Shown piece by piece: positions 32,713-42,500 of a stretch of DNA of 42,702 nucleotides. The position numbers and the translations under genes are program-made. This stretch comes from Verrucomicrobiota bacterium (GTDB lineage: Bacteria > Verrucomicrobiota > Verrucomicrobiia > Limisphaerales > Palsa-1400). Where the stretch lies: the NCBI GenBank assembly GCA_049510745.1, contig JBEKYR010000044.1, positions 1 to 42,702 on the forward strand, given 5' to 3'. The notes under the pieces are model-generated. The model searched no databases. It saw nothing but the letters and a program-made list of their open reading frames with translations, and was not told where the DNA came from. How positions within the stretch are numbered: position 1 is the first letter of the stretch; each line of letters opens with the position of its first letter.

Positions 32713-35700
32713 TGGAGAGTGAAACGTTCTCAGGGGAGCTTCCTGTCAATTACGGGAACACGACAACGCGGTAAAAGCCTTGGGGCGTGTTGGTGGCCCC
32801 GGTGTCAATGACTTGAATCGTCCCCGAAGCCGCGGAATTCGTGGAGATTGTAACCCATTGCGTCAAGTTGCTCGAAACCTGGACTTCCGCCGTCCCCGTC
32901 CCGGTCAGACCGGTGATCTGAAGCACGACCATTCCGTTGGTGTATTGGATTGCGGCTCCGTTGGTCGCAAATGAGAGCGGAGCGGTCGTGACGCTTAACG
33001 TGCCAACCAAATTGGACGCCGTGCCGTAAGCATTCGTTACCAGCACAGAGTAGAAGCCGGCGTTGGTCAACGCAGCGTCGGTGATCGCAACCGACGTCTT
33101 GGTGGCTCCCGCCATCTTGCTGCCGTCGAAAAACCATTGGTAATGAAGCGGCGTGCTCCCGGTCGCGGTTACAGAGAATGAGGCGTTTTGGCCAACAGTG
33201 ATCGATTGGTTGGTTGCGGGGCTGGTGATTTGAGGCTTCACTCCCACGGTTGTCACCGTGAGCATGGCAAAATCGCTGGTAATAGAGCCGTAGGCATTGG
33301 TGATGATGACTTGGTACGAACCTTGATCCGACGCCTGAACGGGGTTGATGGACAGGTTGGTGGTTAACGAACCGATGATGCGCGCGCCATCGGAGAGGTT
33401 CGTGTTGTTATGCTGCCACTGGTAATACAGCAGGGGTGCTCCCTGGACGGCGACGGAAAACGGGTCCGGCCCGCCGCTGGTCACAGACTCATCCTGCGGA
33501 TCCGAGACAATGCTGGGACCGTTTTGGGGGAGGTTGGTGACATCTATGCCGTTGTTGAGCATCTCGTTTATGTAAGTGTTGTTTTCGACTCCGAGCGGGG
33601 CTGAGTTCGTGATGAAATCGAGATCGTTGAGCTGGATTTGCAAGCTCTGCAGTGGCGAAAGAAACTGAAAAATGTTCCCCGTGAAATGGTTCGAACTGAG
33701 ATTGAGGGTCTGCAATTGGTGGAGGCTCAACAAGCTGGCCGGGATGGAGCCGCTGAGATTGTTGCTGCTCAGATTCAGTGTCTTCAATTGGCTCAACTCG
33801 CCAAGATTGGGGATGGCGTTGGTCAAATTATTCTGGCTCAGGTCAAGGCTTTGCAGCAAAACCAGATTATTGAAATCGGCCGGGATGCTGCCAGTGAGTT
33901 GATTGCCGCTCAAATCCAGCTCTTCCAGCAGGGTATATGCTCCCAGGTTGGGGATGTTGCCGCCCAGATTATTAGCACTGAGGTCCAGATGCTGCAGAGT
34001 GGCGGCGTTCAGGGAGAGGAAAAACCCCGAGGCGACCGGGATGGTGCCTGAGAATTGATTGCCGCTCAGGTCCATGGATTGGAGATGAGCAAAGATGCCG
34101 ACATTGGTCAGGCCGCCGCTGAAGGAATTGTCGCTCAAATCAAGCAGGGTGAGATTGTTCATGATGCCGAGGCTGATTCCGCTGGTCGAATTGGTCAAAC
34201 CATTGTGGCTCAAGTCCAGCGTTTCCAATTGCGCCATGTTGCGAAGATCGAAAGGAAGACCTCCGCCTAAATCGTTCGCGCTCAAGTCGAGTGTCTTCAA
34301 CGTCAGGCTCAGGCTGCCAAATCCCGTCGGGATGGCGCCGGTCAACTGATTGGAACTCAAATCCACCGCTTGCAAGCGCGTCAGGAAAGCGAACACGCCC
34401 GGAATACTGCCCTTCAACTGGTTGGAGCTGAGATTGAGGGTTTCCAACCCGCTGAAACTGTTCAGGCTGCCGGGAAGGTTTCCCGACAGGCCGTTCGTTT
34501 CCAGGCTGATTTCGCGTACAGTGCCGGAGTTGAGAATAAAATTGTTTTCCAGATCAAACTGCAAATTCGTGACTTCCACCCCGTACCATTCAGCGGACAG
34601 CCCATCCAGCCAGCCGCTGTGGTCCTTCCAGCCGGTCCCGACCGTCGCGTTGTAAAAATCAAGCAAGGCATTGTACTCGGATGCCGGAACCATGCTCTGC
34701 ATCCCGGCGACCGTCAACGTCACGACCACGCTATTGGTGAAGCCGGCCGCGTTGGTGACAACGACCGAATAGGTGCCGGCGTCGTTGGTCTCCACTTCGT
34801 TGATCTCCAGCGTCTCGCTGGTAGCCCCGCTGATGTGCCCTTTCGGATCACCAGCCAAATTCGTTCCATTGAGCAGCCATTGGTAGTTGAGCGGGTCCGT
34901 GCCCGCGGCTTCCACCGTGAACACGGCGTTGCTTCCCTGAATCACAAGCCGGTTGATCGGCTGGGTCGTGATTTTGGGGGCAATCAACACCGTGAGCGTG
35001 GCGTCTTCGCTGTTCGTCTTGCCGCCGTCATTGCTGACTACCACCGAGTAAGTGCCGGCGTCATTGGCGGTGACATCCGTAATGGTCAACGTCGCATCGG
35101 TCGCGCCGGAAATATGGCCGAAATCGGTGTCTTCAAGGTCCTTGCCATCGAGTTGCCATTGATACTGAAGTGGTTCCGTCCCCGTGGCTGCCACGGTGAA
35201 CACGACGTTGGTTCCAGGTAGCACCGACTGATTGGTCGGCTGGATGGTAATTTCGAGGGGACTATAAGCCAGGGCGAGGGTATTGTTGTTCGTGTTGGCT
35301 TCCGTGATCAGATGGTTTGGATCAAGAACCAGCAAAAGGTAAATGGCTCCGCTTGGCGGGTTCGCCAGATAGGAAGCCGCCACTTGGACTTCGTTGGTCG
35401 TCCCGACAGCGAAATCAGCAGGGATCGGTTCGTCGTAAATTGGCGTGTTGGTAATAATATTGGATTCGTTAGTTCCGTCTGCCCAGAACAAGGCTGCCTC
35501 GGTCGAGTTGGTCAAGGCAGATCCCTGAAGAGAGTACGCAAAGACAAGTCCGCTCTCCCCTTCGTTTGTATTCCAGTCCAAGGAGGTTGCAATGAGGTCG
35601 GGCAGTTCGGTTAGTGTGAGCCTGAACACCGTGCCATTGTTGTTCGCGCCGCCCACATAAGTCGTGCCATAGAAATTGCTGTCGCTGCCCTGCACCAGCC

Positions 35701-37430
35701 CATTGGGAGCACGGCCATTACTGCCATTGAAGGAAAACAAACTGGTGAAGGCCCCATCGAGGCTGATTTGGAACAATGTGCCGAAGCCGTATGGCTCCGC
35801 CCCACTCCCGTTATAGTCCGTCGAGCCGCCTACGGCAGTCGTGCCATAGAAATAGCCGTCGCTGCCGTGAACCAGCCCAGCTTGGGGCCATGCGCCATCC
35901 AGCGGAGCACCATCCGTATTAGTGACAGCGCCGAAGTCATAAAGAGTGGTCAGCGCCCCATCGGGGCTGATTTTGAACACCGTGCCATAACGCCAATTAG
36001 GGTAATAACTGCTACTCGTGCCGCCTTCTTGAGTAGTGCCATAGAAATAGCCGTCGCTGCCCTGCACCAGCCCATTGGGACGACCTCCATTACTGCCATT
36101 GAAGGAAAACAAACTGGTGAAGGCCCCACTCGGGCTGATTTTGAAAACCGTGCCCCAACCATAACCGCCGTTGAGATTAATGTTGCCTCCAAACTGAGTC
36201 GTGCCATAGAAATAGCCATCGCTCCCCTGCACCAGGCCTACAGGCCCCTCGCCATCAATGCCGTTGAAGGAATACAAACTGGTGAAGGCCCCGCTGGGGT
36301 TGATTTTGAAAACCGTGCCCCAACCCTCACCGCCGTTGAGACTAATGTTGCCTCCAATGTAAGTCGTGCCATAGAAGTAGCCGTCGCTGCCCTGCACAAG
36401 CGCGGCCCCGGGCTCGTCACCATTACCGCCAGTGAAGGAAAACAAACTGCTGAAGGCCCCACTGGGGCTGATTTTGAAAACCGTGCCAAAACCATAACCG
36501 CCGTTGAGATTAATGTTGCCGCCATACTGAGTCGTGCCATAGAAGTAGCCGTCGCTGCCCTGCACCAGCCGAGCATCGGGATATAGGCCATCCAGCGGAT
36601 CACCATCCTCATTAGTGACAGTGCCGAAGTCATAAAGATTGGTCAGCGCCCCACTGGGGCTGATTTTGAACACCGTGCCATAACCAAGACCGTAGTTGAG
36701 ATTAGTGTTGCCGCTAAACTCAGTCGTGCCATAGAAATAGCCATCGCTGCCCTGCACCAGCCCGGCCAAGGGCGACGCGCCATCAGTGCCATTGAAGAAA
36801 AACAAACTGGTTAATACCGCACCAGCCGAGGCACCGAAAGCGGGCAGCAGGAGCAGGGCTGCCCAGAGCAATCGCATAAACAGAGCGGCTGACAAGAATT
36901 GCCTTCTCGATTTCATAACTTTTTGAACGACCGTGCTCAACGGGCAACTGCTCCATCCCCCGGCACGGACGCTCTGGCCGCGTCGGGTGGAGGCAAGCCA
37001 ACTGAACTTGTTCCCATTCATAAAATGAACGCAACTCTTCACGACACGGACTTCAATTTGTGACCAGATCAATTGTGACCGGACGACCCGGCTAATTTTC
37101 GACTTTGTGGTGCTTTTTATCCCATGGTCTCTGTGCTCCGCAAGCATAAAGGGGACCAATTGTTAAGACTGGGGAGCGGTACGTTCTCCCACCGCAAACG
37201 AGTCTTCCAAGTAACTGCTCGGCTTACCCTTGGTTTGCAACAGGTTATGAAAGCAGTTATTTTCACTTAAACAGCCCCACGCGCTCCGTCACACCTGGCC
37301 GGAATTTCTCGCTGGTTCACCCGAAAGCGTTTCACTCAAGAAATTCCCCGCCTCCAAAATCAGCTTGGCCCGCTGTGGCTACGCCGACATTCTTGGACTG
37401 GAAAAGGCTGCATGAATGTACCACTGTGCA
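32713..37430. mobile_element. Non-autonomous cargo insertion (4,718 bp) with 9-bp target-site duplication
   Basis: GTCCCCTAC at 32704-32712 and 37431-37439; ends TGGAGAGTGAAACGTTC and (reverse complement) TGCACAGTGGTACATTC match at 12/17; removing the insert restores the frame [12 protein letters not shown]; no transposase inside. Confidence 0.85.
32750..36916 (-). CDS. Large secreted/surface protein: 7 GloVer (TIGR03803-like) propeller repeats, CARDB-like domain, 2 Ig, plant-type LRR block, 2 Ig, Verrucomicrobia-type C-terminal domain
   Basis: Seven LV(Q/H)GSDxxFYGTT...GT(V/L)F repeats; QPxN...YQW...DAGTYSVVV Ig motifs; about a dozen LxxLDLSxNxLxGxIP repeats after an EYNALLDFYNAT cap; ends QVSSNLTQW...GFYRV. 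Start probably ATG 36916 (or 36877). Confidence 0.9.
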   Translation of the reverse strand: MKSRRQFLSAALFMRLLWAALLLLPAFGASAGAVLTSLFFFNGTDGASPLAGLVQGSDGYFYGTTEFSGNTNLNYGLGYGTVFKISPSGALTNLYDFGTVTNEDGDPLDGLYPDARLVQGSDGYFYGTTQYGGNINLNGGYGFGTVFKISPSGAFSSLFSFTGGNGDEPGAALVQGSDGYFYGTTYIGGNISLNGGEGWGTVFKINPSGAFTSLYSFNGIDGEGPVGLVQGSDGYFYGTTQFGGNINLNGGYGWGTVFKISPSGAFTSLFSFNGSNGGRPNGLVQGSDGYFYGTTQEGGTSSSYYPNWRYGTVFKISPDGALTTLYDFGAVTNTDGAPLDGAWPQAGLVHGSDGYFYGTTAVGGSTDYNGSGAEPYGFGTLFQISLDGAFTSLFSFNGSNGRAPNGLVQGSDSNFYGTTYVGGANNNGTVFRLTLTELPDLIATSLDWNTNEGESGLVFAYSLQGSALTNSTEAALFWADGTNESNIITNTPIYDEPIPADFAVGTTNEVQVAASYLANPPSGAIYLLLVLDPNHLITEANTNNNTLALAYSPLEITIQPTNQSVLPGTNVVFTVAATGTEPLQYQWQLDGKDLEDTDFGHISGATDATLTITDVTANDAGTYSVVVSNDGGKTNSEDATLTVLIAPKITTQPINRLVIQGSNAVFTVEAAGTDPLNYQWLLNGTNLAGDPKGHISGATSETLEINEVETNDAGTYSVVVTNAAGFTNSVVVTLTVAGMQSMVPASEYNALLDFYNATVGTGWKDHSGWLDGLSAEWYGVEVTNLQFDLENNFILNSGTVREISLETNGLSGNLPGSLNSFSGLETLNLSSNQLKGSIPGVFAFLTRLQAVDLSSNQLTGAIPTGFGSLSLTLKTLDLSANDLGGGLPFDLRNMAQLETLDLSHNGLTNSTSGISLGIMNNLTLLDLSDNSFSGGLTNVGIFAHLQSMDLSGNQFSGTIPVASGFFLSLNAATLQHLDLSANNLGGNIPNLGAYTLLEELDLSGNQLTGSIPADFNNLVLLQSLDLSQNNLTNAIPNLGELSQLKTLNLSSNNLSGSIPASLLSLHQLQTLNLSSNHFTGNIFQFLSPLQSLQIQLNDLDFITNSAPLGVENNTYINEMLNNGIDVTNLPQNGPSIVSDPQDESVTSGGPDPFSVAVQGAPLLYYQWQHNNTNLSDGARIIGSLTTNLSINPVQASDQGSYQVIITNAYGSITSDFAMLTVTTVGVKPQITSPATNQSITVGQNASFSVTATGSTPLHYQWFFDGSKMAGATKTSVAITDAALTNAGFYSVLVTNAYGTASNLVGTLSVTTAPLSFATNGAAIQYTNGMVVLQITGLTGTGTAEVQVSSNLTQWVTISTNSAASGTIQVIDTGATNTPQGFYRVVVFP

Positions 37431-37726
37431 GTCCCCTACCACCCGCTGGATTTGAGCCGGACTTTTCCGGCGCTGGCGCTGACGCGCTGGGTCACCCACC
37501 TATGCGCGCCGGTTTTCTTCTTTCTGGCGGGGACGGGCCGATTGGCTCTTCGGCCCCCAACCCGGCCCCCGGACGCGCCCCCATTCCCGTGCCGCCCAAC
37601 GCCGGATTTGACCTCGGGACGGTCTATCTGGTGTGGATTGGCCTTGTGCTGGCGCTTTATCCGGCTTGCCGGTGGTTTGCGCGCCTGAAACGGACGCGGC
37701 GTTCCGCATGGCTTTCCTACCTTTGA
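37431..37726 (+). pseudogene. DUF1624 gene, 3' remnants with a large internal deletion
   Basis: [36 protein letters not shown], then an out-of-frame jump to the C-terminal [40 protein letters not shown]. Confidence 0.85.
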
Positions 37727-37822
37727 AGGGCCGTGCCGGGCCGCCAAGGATTCGGGCGAAACTATCGCCTTGCCAATTGCGTCTGAATGGGGGGACACTC
37801 CCTGATAAGGTGCGGCGAAACA

Positions 37823-38881
37823 ATGAAACCTGCGGCCACAGTTGCGGATCAATCAGACCAGGCCCGCGCCGGGTTGCCTGAGCAGACCGGCGTCCCGGCC
37901 CCTTCCCGGCGTCCCCCGCCGTCCGACAACCCCGCGCCCTCCCAAACCCTCTCTCCGCGCGCGATTTACCAGAAAGTCAGCGCCAGCATCACCTCGGTCA
38001 TGCGCGGTCAGTCCACGTCGGTGCGGCGGCTCCTGGCGGCGCTGGCCAGCGGCGGGCATGTGCTGCTGGAGGATTATCCCGGAACGGGCAAAACCACCCT
38101 GGCCAAGGCGCTGGCCCGGTCCATCGACGCCAATTTCAAGCGCCTTCAGTTCACGCCGGATTTATTGCCGTCGGATATCCTCGGAGTCTCGGTTTTCAAC
38201 CAGCGCGACCAGACCTTTTCCTTTCACGAGGGGCCGGTTTTCAGCAACATCCTGCTGGCCGATGAAATCAACCGCGCCTCGCCCCGCACGCAATCGGCTT
38301 TGCTGGAAGCGATGGCGGAAAACCAGGTCAGCGTCGATGGCGAGAGGCGGGCCTTGACCCAGCTCTTCTTTGTCATCGCCACGCAAAACCCCATCGAGTT
38401 TCGCGGCACGTATCCGTTGCCCGAGGCGCAAATGGACCGTTTCGCCATGCAGTTCGATTTGGGTTACATCAGCCCGGCCGATGAAGTGGCGGTGTTGACG
38501 GCCCAGACCGGCCGGCATCCGGTCGAGTTGCTCACCCCCTGCGTCAGCCTCAACGACATCATGCGCTTGCGCGAAGGGGCGCAAAACATTCGGATCAGCG
38601 AAGAATTGAAGTATTACATGGTGCGGCTGGTGACGGCGACGCGGACGGCGGCCGGGGTGCAATTGGGGGCCAGCCCGCGCGCGTCGATCGCGCTGATGAA
38701 GGCCGCGCAGGCCCTGGCGCTCTTTGACGGACAAGAGTTTGTCAGTCCCGAACATGTCCACGAAATCGCCGTGCCCGTCATGGCGCACCGGGTGGTGCTG
38801 GAGCCGCAGGCGAAATTCTCCGGCATGACCTCGCGCCAGGTGGTCGAGGATGTCCTCAAACGGGTCCCCGTGCCGGTCTGA
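37823..38881 (+). CDS. moxR: MoxR-family AAA+ ATPase
   Basis: HVLLEDYPGTGKT, QFTPDLLPSD, LADEINRASPRTQSALLEAM, ATQNP, LPEAQMDRF, GASPR. Confidence 0.95.
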   Translation: MKPAATVADQSDQARAGLPEQTGVPAPSRRPPPSDNPAPSQTLSPRAIYQKVSASITSVMRGQSTSVRRLLAALASGGHVLLEDYPGTGKTTLAKALARSIDANFKRLQFTPDLLPSDILGVSVFNQRDQTFSFHEGPVFSNILLADEINRASPRTQSALLEAMAENQVSVDGERRALTQLFFVIATQNPIEFRGTYPLPEAQMDRFAMQFDLGYISPADEVAVLTAQTGRHPVELLTPCVSLNDIMRLREGAQNIRISEELKYYMVRLVTATRTAAGVQLGASPRASIALMKAAQALALFDGQEFVSPEHVHEIAVPVMAHRVVLEPQAKFSGMTSRQVVEDVLKRVPVPV

Positions 38882-38898
38882 CCCGCCCTCCTGCTCTT

Positions 38899-40329
38899 AT
38901 GTCCGTGCCGCGGCAAAACTTTCTGGCGGGCTGGGGCGCGCGGATGGAACCGGCGGTCGGACTCCTGACGCAACGGGAGACTTATTTTAAACGCTACCTC
39001 TACCGCAATTACCTCACCTTTGCCTCCATCACCCATCGCTTTGGGCGGCGCGTGACGGTGGCCGGATGGATGGTGCTGGGCGGAACAGTGGCCGCGGCGG
39101 CGCTCGGCGCCGACACCAACGCGTCGCTGAGTTATCAGACCTTTTCCGTGCTGGGCTGTCTGGTGGTGGCGGCCGCGTTCTGCACGCCGTTTGGGCGGCC
39201 CAAACTTTCGGTCGAAAGGCTCCTGCCCAGATTCGGTTCCGTGGGCGAGCCGCTCCACTATCGGATCAGCGTCCGCAACCTGGGGCGGCGGCGGCAAAAC
39301 GCCTTGAAGTTGATCGAGGAAGTCCCGGACCCGCGCCCCTCCTTCGAGGAATTTGCCCTGACGCCGGAACCGGGCGAAGAACGGCGCAATTGGATCGACC
39401 GCACCTACGGTTATTACCGCTGGCGCTGGCTGATGGCGCGCAACCTCCGCGCCCACATTCCCGAACAACCGGTGCCGGACCTGCCTCCGTCCGTCGAGTG
39501 CTCGATTGCGGCCCAATTGACCCCCCGCCGACGGGGCGTGCTGCGGCTGACGGGCACCACGGTGGCCTGCCCCGATCCTTTTGGATTGTTTCGCTCCTTG
39601 CACAAGGTTCCGGGGCCGCAATCGGTTTTAATCCTGCCCAGGCGCCACCCGATGCCGGCCTTCGAACTGCCCGGCACAATGAAGTATCAACTCGGCGGCG
39701 TCTCGCTGGCGTCGTCGGTCGGCGAATCGGAGGAGTTCGTTTCCCTGCGCGAATACCGGCCGGGGGACCCGTTGCGGCGGGTGCATTGGAAGAGTTTTGC
39801 CAAACTGGGCAAGCCCATCGTCAAGGAGTTTCAGGAGGAATTCTTTGTCCGCCATGCCCTCATCCTCGACACCTTTGACGACGCGGGTGGCGCGGAGGTT
39901 TTCGAGGAGGCCGTGTCGGTCGCCGCTTCGCTCGCCTACACCATCCAGAACCAGGATTCGCTGCTGGACCTGATGTTTGTCGGTCCGCGGGCCTATTGTT
40001 TCACCAGCGGACGCGGCGTGGGCCATATCGAGCAGATGCTCGAAATCCTGGCCTCGGTCCAGGTCTGCCGCGAGAAAGACTTCGCCGCGCTGGAACATCT
40101 GGTGCTGACCCACGCCGGCGATTTGAGCGGATGCGTTTGTGTGCTCCTCTTGTGGGACCAAGCCCGCCAACGGCTCGTCCACTCCCTGCTGGTCCGGCAG
40201 GTGCCGCTGCGGGTCTTTGTCCTGACCCCGTCGGCCCAAACCTTGCCTCCCGGGGTGATGGCAGCGCAGCCGGGCCATTTTCATGTCCTGCCGCTGGGCC
40301 AGGTGGCGGCGAAGCTGGCCGCCTTATGA
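38899..40329 (+). CDS. DUF58 domain protein
   Basis: DPFGLF, EEFVSLREYRPGDPLRRVHWK, FEEAVSVAAS; follows MoxR. Confidence 0.92.
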   Translation: MSVPRQNFLAGWGARMEPAVGLLTQRETYFKRYLYRNYLTFASITHRFGRRVTVAGWMVLGGTVAAAALGADTNASLSYQTFSVLGCLVVAAAFCTPFGRPKLSVERLLPRFGSVGEPLHYRISVRNLGRRRQNALKLIEEVPDPRPSFEEFALTPEPGEERRNWIDRTYGYYRWRWLMARNLRAHIPEQPVPDLPPSVECSIAAQLTPRRRGVLRLTGTTVACPDPFGLFRSLHKVPGPQSVLILPRRHPMPAFELPGTMKYQLGGVSLASSVGESEEFVSLREYRPGDPLRRVHWKSFAKLGKPIVKEFQEEFFVRHALILDTFDDAGGAEVFEEAVSVAASLAYTIQNQDSLLDLMFVGPRAYCFTSGRGVGHIEQMLEILASVQVCREKDFAALEHLVLTHAGDLSGCVCVLLLWDQARQRLVHSLLVRQVPLRVFVLTPSAQTLPPGVMAAQPGHFHVLPLGQVAAKLAAL

Positions 40330-42329
40330 AAACGCCGCGATGGTTGATGGCGGGAGCGCTGCTCTTTTGGAGCTGGCAAACCGGCTTGTTGCTTTGGGGC
40401 GTCGGGATGGCTGCGGCGCTGGAAGCCGCTTCCTTCTCGCGGGCGCGCTGGGAGTTTGGCGACGCCGACCTCAACCGCATCTGCGACCTCTGTTGGATGC
40501 TCTTCGTGGGCGCGGCGCTGGTGCTGTATTCGACGGAAGACCGGCTGATGTTCATTTTCAAATTCGTGCAATGGCTGCCGTTCTGCTTCTATCCGATCGT
40601 CCTGATGCAGGCCTGCGGGACGCGCGAAGTCATGCCGCTGAGCGCCTTGTCCTGGTTGGTGCGGCGCGCGCCGCAAAGTCCCCTGGCCCGGAGGTCGTTT
40701 CATATTTCCTCTGCCTACTTCACCCTCTGCGTGGCCGCGGCCAGCGCCTCGACGCGGCCCAACGGGTTCTTTTACGCCGGAGTGGCGCTGCTGATCCTGC
40801 TGGCCCTGGCCAGCGTCCGACCGCGGCGCGTCTCGCTGCCGGCCTGGATTGTGCTGGCGGCTCTGGTGGCGGGCGCGGGGCAGATCGGCCATCAGCAATT
40901 GCGCCTGTTGCAGAACGCCCTGGAGGGCCGCCTGGGCAGTTTACTCTCCCAGTTTTTCCGCCAACCGCCGGACCTGCGCGAATGCCGCACCAAAATCGGG
41001 CAGCCTGGCCGGATTCAACTATCCGGCAGCATCATTTTGCGCGTCCGCGCCGGCCCCGCCGCCGCGCCTCCCTCGCTCTTTCGGGAGGCGGCCTACGATT
41101 CCTACAAGAACGGGACCTGGTGGGCCGGCAGCAATGATTTTGCACCCCTTCTGACGCCCAACGCCAGCGGCTCCATCCGCCTCCTGCCGCCAAAGAACGT
41201 CTTCGCCGAGGTTGAGATTGCCAGCTATTTTGACGGCGGCGAAGGCCCCCTGGCGTTGCCCCATGGCACCTTTGAAATCGACGACCTCCCGGCCAACTTG
41301 CGGACCAATCATTTGGGTGTCGCCTCCGTGGACGGCGCGCCGGGTGTGGTCATTTTCCGCGCCCGCTATGGCGGGGGTCTCTCCCTGGACTCTCCGCCAG
41401 GGCCGGACGACCTCAAAGTGGCGGAGGATGAAAAGCCGGTCTTGGATGAAGTGGCCGGCGGCCTCAAGCTGGACACCCTGCCGGAACGGCAAAGAATCCG
41501 CGCCGTCAGCCGCTTTTTCCGGGAGGGCTTCGTTTATACACTGGACCTCCCGCCGCGCAATAATAAGAAGACTGCGCTGGCGCAATTTCTCACCGAATCC
41601 CGCGCCGGCCATTGCGAATACTTTGCCAGCGCCACCGTGCTGTTGCTCCGCCAGGCGGGCGTCAACGCCCGCTATGTCACCGGCTACCTGGTGCCCGAAT
41701 CGGCGCGCCGCGGCGACACCTATCTGGTGCGCGAATGCCATCGGCACGCCTGGGCGCTGGTCTATCACAGCGACACCCGCCTCTGGGAGCAGGTCGATAA
41801 CACGCCGTTCACTTTGGACCCGGCGCAACAGTGGCGGCCGCCGTGGTGGGAGCCGGTTTCGGATTTCTTTTCCAATCTTTTTTTCCAATTCTCCAAGTGG
41901 CGCTGGAGCAAAACCTCCTTCGCGCGCTACGCGGAATGGCTGTTGGCGCCGCTCATCCTCTACCTCATCTGGCGGATTCTCACCACCCGGCGCCGGCAAC
42001 GGTCCCCTCTCTCAACCGCCCCGGCCACCCCCGAACCGGTCTGGCCCGGCCTGGACTCAGAACTCTATCTCATCGACCGGCGTTTGTCCGGCAGCCGGCT
42101 TTCGCGCCTGCCCAACGAACCGCTGGCCCAGTGGCAGACGCGCCTGGAAGAAGCCTGGCCCGACTCGCCCGGCCTGCCCCGCATTTTCCATTTGCACCGG
42201 CGGTTGCGCTTTGATCCGCGCGGATTGGAAAGCCGCGACCGTGAAGTCCTCAAGCGCGAGGCCGCCGCCTGGCTGGCGCAATGGGCCGCGGCCTCCGAAC
42301 CGCTTGCGCCCGGCAAAGGGCGCGATTAG
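40326..42329 (+). CDS. Membrane transglutaminase-like protein (TgpA/DUF3488-type)
   Basis: N-terminal TM helices; catalytic GHCEYFASA, ARYVTGY, HAW, VDNTP; ATG 40326 overlaps the DUF58 stop (ATGA). Confidence 0.9.
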   Translation: MKTPRWLMAGALLFWSWQTGLLLWGVGMAAALEAASFSRARWEFGDADLNRICDLCWMLFVGAALVLYSTEDRLMFIFKFVQWLPFCFYPIVLMQACGTREVMPLSALSWLVRRAPQSPLARRSFHISSAYFTLCVAAASASTRPNGFFYAGVALLILLALASVRPRRVSLPAWIVLAALVAGAGQIGHQQLRLLQNALEGRLGSLLSQFFRQPPDLRECRTKIGQPGRIQLSGSIILRVRAGPAAAPPSLFREAAYDSYKNGTWWAGSNDFAPLLTPNASGSIRLLPPKNVFAEVEIASYFDGGEGPLALPHGTFEIDDLPANLRTNHLGVASVDGAPGVVIFRARYGGGLSLDSPPGPDDLKVAEDEKPVLDEVAGGLKLDTLPERQRIRAVSRFFREGFVYTLDLPPRNNKKTALAQFLTESRAGHCEYFASATVLLLRQAGVNARYVTGYLVPESARRGDTYLVRECHRHAWALVYHSDTRLWEQVDNTPFTLDPAQQWRPPWWEPVSDFFSNLFFQFSKWRWSKTSFARYAEWLLAPLILYLIWRILTTRRRQRSPLSTAPATPEPVWPGLDSELYLIDRRLSGSRLSRLPNEPLAQWQTRLEEAWPDSPGLPRIFHLHRRLRFDPRGLESRDREVLKREAAAWLAQWAAASEPLAPGKGRD

Positions 42330-42394
42330 GAGCTTCTTATCCGTAAATAATTTCCCCGCGAGACGAATCTAATTTTTAGGCGAATTCAGAATTG

Positions 42395-42431
42395 AGACTC
42401 CCCGCATTGAAAGCCGGAATGCGGGGAGTCT
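42395..42431. repeat. 14-bp hairpin with GAAAGCCGG loop, homologous to 10689-10725
   Basis: AGACTCCCCGCATT-gaaagccgg-AATGCGGGGAGTCT. Confidence 0.7.
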
Positions 42432-42500
42432 AAATTCAAATTTCCCTTCTGTCGAGAAAAATGTGGACAGAAAAATGTGGAATCCGGGTGGGCCGACTAC

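Noticed and set aside
35620..36800. Possible DGR template/variable repeats within the GloVer repeats
   Set aside because: The repeats are in-frame coding blades, I saw no adenine-restricted pattern of differences, and there is no reverse transcriptase in the window.
39996..40325. N-terminal extension of the transglutaminase ORF
   Set aside because: Overlaps DUF58 out of frame; ATGA coupling at 40326 marks the real start.
37823..42329. MoxR-DUF58-transglutaminase cluster as a novel system
   Set aside because: Well-known conserved triad; annotated as ordinary features.
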